From NCBI GenBank assembly GCA_964016885.1, contig OZ024744.1, forward strand, positions 124,000,001 to 124,064,000: a stretch of 64,000 bases of DNA. The letters are read 5' to 3'. Source of the DNA: Eledone cirrhosa (Eukaryota). The notes under the pieces were generated by a model. It did not search any database. It saw only the letters and a program-made list of their open reading frames with translations, and was not told where the DNA came from. Shown one piece after another: positions 57,556-64,000 of this stretch. Position 1 is the stretch's first letter; each line of letters opens with the position of its first letter. The position numbers were made by a program, and so were the translations under genes.

Positions 57556-60500
57556 AATACTCTGTAATAACTTGTCCAACCTATGTATGTAGGACAATAG
57601 ACTGTAATAACTTGTTCCACCCATGACAGGTAGGACAATAGTCTGTAATAACTTGTCCAACCCATGTATGTAGGACAATAGTCTGTAATAACTTGTCCAA
57701 CCCATGTATGTAGGACAATAGTCTGTAATAACTTGTCCCACCCATGACAGGTAGGACAATAGTCTGTAATAACTTGTCCAACCCATGTATGTAGAACAAT
57801 AGTCTGTAATAACTTGTCCAACCCATGACAGGTAGGACAATATTCTGTAATAACTTGTCCAACCCATGACAGCTAGGACAATAGTCTGTAATAACTTGTC
57901 CAACCCATGTATGTAGGACTATAGTCAGTAATAACTTGTCCAACCCATGACAGGTAGGACAATAGTCTGTAATAACTTGTCCAACCCATGACAGGTAGGA
58001 CAATAGTCTGTAATACCTTGTCCAACCAATGACAGGTAGGACAATAGTTTGTAATAACTTGTCCAACCCATGACAGGTAGGACAATAGTCTGTAATACCT
58101 TGTCCAACCAATGACAGGTTGGACGATAGTCTGTAATACCTTGTCCAACCAATGACAGGTAGGACAATAGTTTGTAATAACTTGTCCAACCCATGACAGG
58201 TAGGACAATAGTCTGTAATACCTTGTCCAACGCATGACAGGTAGGACAATAGTCTGTAATACCTTGTCCAACCAATGACAGGTAGGACAATAGTTTGTAA
58301 TAACTTGTCCAACCCATGACAGGTAAGAGAATAGTCTGTAATAACTTGTCCAACCCATGTATGTAGGTCAATAGCCTGTAATAACTTGTCCAACCCATGG
58401 CACGTAGGACAATAGTCTGTCATAAATTGTCCAACCCATGACAGGTAGGACAATAGTCTGTAATAACTTGTCCAACCCATGACAGGTAGGACAATAGTCT
58501 GTAATAACTCGTCCAACCCATGTATGTAGGACAATAGTCTGTAATAATTTGTCCAACCCATGACAGGTAGGACAATATTCTGTAATAACTTGTCCAACCC
58601 ATGTATGTAGGACAATAGTCTGTAATAACTTGTCCAACCCATGTATGTAGGACAATAGTCTGCAATAACTTGTCCAACCAATGACAGGTAAGACAATAGT
58701 CTGTAATAACTTGTCCAACCCATGCCAGGTAGGACAATAGTCTGTAACACCTCGTCCAACCCATGACAGGTAGGACAATAGTCTGTAATAACTCGTCCAA
58801 CCCATGTATATAGGACAATAGTCTGTAATAACTTGTCCAACCCATGTATGTAGGACAATAGTCTGTAATAACTTGTCCAACCCATGCCAGGTAGGACAAT
58901 AGTCTGTAATAACTTGTCCAACCCATGTATGTAGGAAAATAGTCTGTAATAACTTGTCTAACCCATGTATGTAGGACAATAGTCTGTAATAACTTGTCGA
59001 ACTCATGACAGGTAGGACAATAGTCTGTAATAACTTGTCCAACCCATGACAGGTAAGAGAATAGTCTGTAATAACTTGTCCAACCCATGTATGTAGGTCA
59101 ATAGCCTGTAATAACTTGTCCAACCCATGGCAGGTAGGACAATAGTCTGTAATAACTTGTCCAACCCATGACAGGTAGGACAATAGTCTGTAATAACTCG
59201 TCCAACCCATGTATGTAGGACAATAGTCTGTAATAACTTGTCCAACCCATGACAGGTAAGACAATATTCTGTAATAACTTGTCCAACCCATGTATGTAGG
59301 ACAATAGTCTGTAATAACTTGTCCAACCCATGACAGGTAAGACAATATTCTGTAATAACTTGTCCAACCCATGTATGTAGGACAATATTCTGTAATAACT
59401 TGTCCAACCCATCTATGTAGGACAATAGTCTGTAATAACTTGTCCAACCAATGACAGGTAAGACAATAGTCTGTAATAACTTGTCCAACCCATGCCAGGT
59501 AGGACAATAGTCTGTAACACCTCGTCCAACCCATGACAGGTAGGACAATAGTCTGTAATAACTCGTCCAACCCATGTATATAGGACAATAGTCTGTAATA
59601 ACTTGTCCAACCCATGTATGTAGGACAATAGTCTGTAATAACTTGTCCAACCCATGCCAGGTAGGACAATAGTCTGTAATAACTTGTCCAACCCATGTAT
59701 GTAGGACAATAGTCTGTAATAACTTGTCGAACCCATGACAGGTAGGACAATAGTCTGTAATAACTTGTCCAACCCATGACAGGTAGGACAATAGTCTGTA
59801 ATAACTTGTCCCATCTATGTATGTAGGACAATAGTCTATAATAACTTGTCCAACCCATGTATGTAGGACAATAGTCTGTAATAACTTGTCCCACCCATGA
59901 CAGGTAGGACAATAGTCTGTAATAACTTGTCCAACCCATGTATGTAGGACAATAGTCTGTAATAACTTGTCCAACCCATGACAGGTAGGACAATAGTCTG
60001 TAATAACTTGTCCAACCCATGTATGTAGGACTATAGTCAGTAATAACTTGTCCAACCCATGACAGGTAGGACAATAGTCTGTAATAACTTGTCCAATCCA
60101 TGACAGGTAGGACAATAGTCTGTAATACCTTGTCCAACCAATGACAGGTAGGACAATAGTTTGTAATAACTTGTCCAACCAATGACAGGTAGGACAATAG
60201 TCTGCAATAACTTGTTCAACCCATGTATGTAGGACAATAGTCTGTAATAACTTGTCCAACCCATGTGACAGGTAAGTAATAACTTGTCCAACCCATGTAT
60301 GTAGGACAATAGTCTGTAATAGCTTGTCCAACCCATGACAGGTAGGACAATAGTCTGTAATAACTTGTCCAGCCCATGCCAGGTAGGACAAAGTCTTTAA
60401 TAACTTGTCCAACCCATGACAGGTAGGGCAATAGTCTGTAATAACTTGTCCAACCCATGACAGGTAGGACAATAGTCTGTAATAACTTGTCCAACCCATG

Positions 60501-60900
60501 ACAGGTAGGGCAATAGTCTGTAATAACTTGTCCAACCCATGTATGCAGGACAATAGTCTGTAATAACTTGTCCAACCCATGACAGGTAGGACAATAGTCT
60601 GTAATAACTTGTCCAACCCATGCATGTAGGACAATAGTCTGTAATAACTTGTCCAACCCATGTATGTAGGACAATAGTCTGTAATAACTTGTCCAACCCA
60701 TGACAGCTAGGACAATAGTCTGTGATAACTTGTCCAACCCATGACAGGTAGGACAATAGTCTCTAATAACTTGTTCAACCAATGACATGTAGGACAATAG
60801 TCTGTAATAACTTGTCCAACCCATGTATGTAGGACAATAGTCTGTAATAACTTGTCCAACCCATGTATGTAGGAAAATAGTCTGTGATAACTTGTCCATC

Positions 60901-61290
60901 CCATGACAGGTAGGACAATAGTCTGTAATAACTTGTCCAACCCATGACAGGTAGGACGATAGTCTGTAATAACTTGTCTAACCCATGTATGTAGGACAAT
61001 AGTCTGTAATAACTTATCCAACCCATGTATGTAGGACAATAGTCTGTAATAACTTGTCCAACCCATGTATGTAGGACAATAGTCTGTAATAACTTGTCCA
61101 ACCCATGACAGGTAGGACAATAGTCTGTAATAACTTGTCCAACCCATGACAGGTAGGACGATAGTCTGTAATAACTTGTCTAACCCATGTATGTAGGACA
61201 ATAGTCTGTAATAACTTATCCAACCCATGTATGTAGGACAATAGTCTGTAATAACTTGTCCAACCCATGTATGTAGGACAATAGTCTGTA
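60901..61290. repeat. Small tandem duplication, period 202 bp (5 monomers)
   Basis: The GGACGAT / TCTAACCC / TTATCC marker series occurs at 60958 and again at 61160. 202 = 2x41 + 3x40. Confidence 0.85.
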
Positions 61291-64000
61291 ATAACTTGTC
61301 TAACCCATGTATGTAGGACAATAGTCTGTAATAACTTGTCCAACCCATGACAGGTAGGACAATAGTCTGTAATAACTTGTCCAACCCATGACAGGTAGGA
61401 CAATAGTCTGTAATAACTTGTCCAACCCATGACAGGTAGGACAATAGTCTGTAATAACTTGTCCAACCCATTTATGTAGGACAATAGTCTGTAATAACTT
61501 GTCCAACCCATTTATGTAGGACAATAGTCTGTAATAACTTGTCCAACCCATGCCAGGTAGGACAATAGTCTGTACTAACTTGTCCAACCCATGTATGTAG
61601 GACAATAGTCTGTACTAACTTGTCCAACCCATGTATGTAGGACAATAGTCTGTAATAACTCGTCCAACCCATGTATGTAGGACAATAGTCTGTAATAACT
61701 TGTCCAACCCATGACAGGTAGTACAATAGTCTGTAATAACTTGTCCAACCCATGACAGGTAGGACAATAGTCTGTAATACCTTGTCCAACCAATGACAGG
61801 TAGGAAAATAGTCTGTAATAACTTTTCCAACCCATGACAGGTAGGACAATAGTCTGTAATACCTTGTCCAACCAATGACAGGTAGGACAATAGTCTGTAA
61901 TAACTTGTCCAACCCATGTATGTAGGACAATAGTCTTTAATAACTTGTCCAACCCATGTATGTAGGACAATAGCCTGTAATAACTTGTCCAACCCATGAC
62001 AGGTAGTACAATAGTCTGTAATAATTTGTCCAACCCATGTATGTAGGTCAATAGCCTGTAATAACTTGTCCAACCTATGACAGGTAGGACAATAGTCTGT
62101 AATAACTTGCCCTACCCATGACAGGTAGGACAATAGTGTGTAATAACTTGTCCAACCCATGACAGGTAGGACAATAGTCGGTAATAACTCGTCCAACCCA
62201 TGTATATAGGACAATAGTCTGTAATAACTTGTCCAACCCATGTATGTAGGACAATAGTCTGTAATAACTTGTCCAACCCATGACAGGTAGGACAATAGTC
62301 TGTAATAACTTGTCCAACCCATGTATGTAGGACAATAGTCTGTAATAACTTGTCCAACCCATGACAGGTAGGACTATAGTCTGTAATAACTTGTCCAACC
62401 CATGACAGGTAGGACAATAGTCTGTAATAGCTTGTCCAACCCATGACAGGTAAGACAATATCTGTAATAACTTATCCAACTCATGACAGGTAGGACAATA
62501 GTCTGTAATAACTTGTCCAACCCATGACAGGTAAGACAATAGTCTGTAATAACTTGTCCAACCCATGCCAGGTAGGACAATAGTCTGTAATAACTTGTCC
62601 AACCCATGACAGGTAAGACAATAGTCTGTAATAACTTGTCCAACCCATGACAGGTAGGACAATAGTCTGTAATAACTTGTCCAACCCATGACAGGTAAGA
62701 CAATACTCTGTAATAACTTGTCCAACCCATGACAGGTAGGACAATAGTCTGTAATAACTTGTCCAACCCATGACAGGTAGGACAATAGTCTGTAATAACT
62801 TGTCCAACCCATGACAGGTAGGACAATAGTCTGTAATAACCTGTCCAACCCATGACAGGTAGGACAATAGTCTGTAATAACTTGTCCAACCCATTTATGT
62901 AGGACAATAGTCTGTAATAACTTGTCCAACCCATGCCAGGTAGGACAATAGTCTGTACTAACTTGTCCAACCCATGTATGTAGGACAATAGTCTGTACTA
63001 ACTTGTCCAACCCATGTATGTAGGACAATAGTCTGTAATAACTCGTCCAACCCATGTATGTAGGACAATAGTCTGTAATAACTTGTCCAACCCATGACAG
63101 GTAGGACAATATTCTGCAATACCTCGTCGAACCCATGACAGGTAGGACAATAGTCTGTAATAACTTGTCCAACCCATGTATGTAGGACAATAGTCTGTAA
63201 TAACTTGTCCAACCCATGAAAGGTAGGTCAATAGTCTGTAATAACTTGTCCAACCCATGTATGTAGGACAATAGTCTGTAATAACTTGTCCAACCCATGA
63301 CATGTAGGACAATAGTCTGTAATAACTTGTCCAACCCATGACAGGTAGGACAATTGTCTGTAATACCTTGTCCAACCAATGACTGGTAGGAGAATAGTCT
63401 GTAATAACTTGTCCAACCCATAACAGGTAGGACAATAGTCTGTAATACCTTGTCCAACCCATGACAGGTAGGACAATAGTCTGTAATAACTTGTCCAACC
63501 CATGACAGGTAGGACAATAGTCTGTAATAAATTGTCCAACCCATGACAGGTAGGACATTAGTGTGTAATAACTTGTCCAATTCATGACAGGTAGGACAAT
63601 AGTCTGTAATAACTTGTCCAACCCATGACAGGTAGGACGATAGTCTGTAATGACTTGTCCAACCCATGTATGTAGGTCAATAGCCTGTAATAACTTGTCC
63701 AACCCATGACAGGTAGGACAATAGTCTGTAATAACTTGTCCAACCCATGACATGTAGGACAATAAATAGTCTGTAATAACTTGTCCAACCCATGTATGTA
63801 CGACAATAGTCTGTAATAACTTGCCTAACCCATGTATGTAGGACAATAGTCTGTAATAACGTGTCCAACCCATGTATGTAGGACAATAGTCTATAATAAC
63901 TTGTCCAACCCATGTATGTAGGACAATAGTCTGTAATAACTTGTCCAACCCATGACAGGTAGGACAATAGTCTGTAATACCTCGTCCAACCCTTGACAGG

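Larger units (their letters stand above)
37853..59400. repeat. Older, more diverged large duplication: ~37853-45200 vs ~47764-59400, second copy expanded by nested duplications
   Basis: Collinear ORF/marker offsets step 9911 (37949/47860, 38739/48650) -> 9915 -> 9956 (40649/50605) -> 12230 (40976/53206) -> 12839 -> 14384 (43489/57873). The steps correspond to a 4-bp deletion, monomer indels, and the 2274- and 1545-bp duplications. The right boundary is approximate. Confidence 0.8.
1..64000. repeat. Tandem satellite/minisatellite array of 41-bp (type A) and 40-bp (type B) monomers, head-to-tail, single orientation, running to both window edges
   Basis: Every line consists of ACTTGTCCAACCCATG[ACAG|TAT]GTAGGACAATAGTCTGTAATA with sparse substitutions or indels. 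A is 17/41 GC and B is 15/40 GC; neither consensus contains CpG. B makes up 16 of the first 40 monomers. No inverted monomers or non-repeat insertions were seen. Confidence 0.99.

Noticed and set aside
773-63967. Numerous long minus-strand ORFs (up to 1973 aa) as protein-coding genes
   Set aside because: All three frames are open simultaneously and give the same peptide modules. Monomer lengths are not multiples of 3, frameshifting indels and stop variants are freely propagated, and no recognisable domain is present.
1-64000. CRISPR array (32-bp GTAGGACAA...TTGTCCAAC hairpin unit with GT...AAC ends)
   Set aside because: The intervening segments are only 8-9 nt and essentially two alleles (CCATGACAG / CCATGTAT), not unique 25-45-nt spacers. 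There is no leader or cas gene, and variation spreads by block duplication.
1-64000. Telomerase-type telomeric repeat (minus strand contains TGGGTTGG)
   Set aside because: The 40/41-bp unit is longer than the telomerase-templated repeats I know of, G/C strand skew is negligible (8 G vs 9 C in A), and variants are inherited in kb-scale duplicated blocks. A subtelomeric location cannot be excluded.
1-64000. Transcription-factor site array (AGGACA with AGAACA/AGGTCA variants resembling nuclear-receptor half-sites; GGACAAGTTA 9/10 match to a p53 half-site)
   Set aside because: Only isolated half-sites without canonical spacing or an adjacent second half-site; such short matches are expected by chance in a 41-mer.
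1-64000. Nucleosome-phasing design (40.6 bp is ~4 helical turns; 4 monomers are ~162 bp)
   Set aside because: Numerical coincidence only; no 4-monomer periodicity in A/B order and no phased A-tracts were visible.
1-64000. Single fixed-length higher-order repeat
   Set aside because: Observed periods (6050, 3123, 4340, 3818, 2274, 1545, 407, 202) differ by region and each occurs only about twice.
1-64000. Mobile element or integron cassette array (attC-like or MITE-like inverted repeats)
   Set aside because: No cargo between dyads, no transposase, integrase, termini or target-site duplications in the window. Origin from a TE-internal repeat can only be tested with flanking sequence.

Overview
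The whole 64-kb window is one uninterrupted, single-orientation tandem array (satellite/large minisatellite) of roughly 1,570-1,580 monomers (64,000/~40.6 bp). I found no unique sequence, credible gene, RNA gene or transposon. Two monomer types are interspersed aperiodically: A (41 bp, ACTTGTCCAACCCATG-ACAG-GTAGGACAATAGTCTGTAATA) and B (40 bp, ACTTGTCCAACCCATG-TAT-GTAGGACAATAGTCTGTAATA). They differ only in the spacer of an internal imperfect inverted repeat (TTGTCCAACC / GGTAGGACAA). The long minus-strand ORFs arise because the minus-strand consensus has no TAA/TAG/TGA, so they are not evidence of genes. Diagnostic variants reveal layered higher-order structure. The left ~35.5 kb is tiled almost end-to-end by near-identical two-copy duplications (periods 6050, 3123, 4340, 3818 bp). 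The right part is a separate variant domain: an older ~10-kb-offset duplication with nested 2274- and 1505/1545-bp duplications, then a more degenerate last ~4 kb. The most speculative observation is that the plus-strand monomer reads as branchpoint-like TAATAAC, then CAG|GTAGG/GTAAG (or GTATGT), i.e. a head-to-tail array of recursive-splice-site-like units. The organism cannot be determined from the sequence; a eukaryotic satellite is the most parsimonious reading. All comparisons were made by eye and from ORF-coordinate offsets, so SNP counts are minimums.
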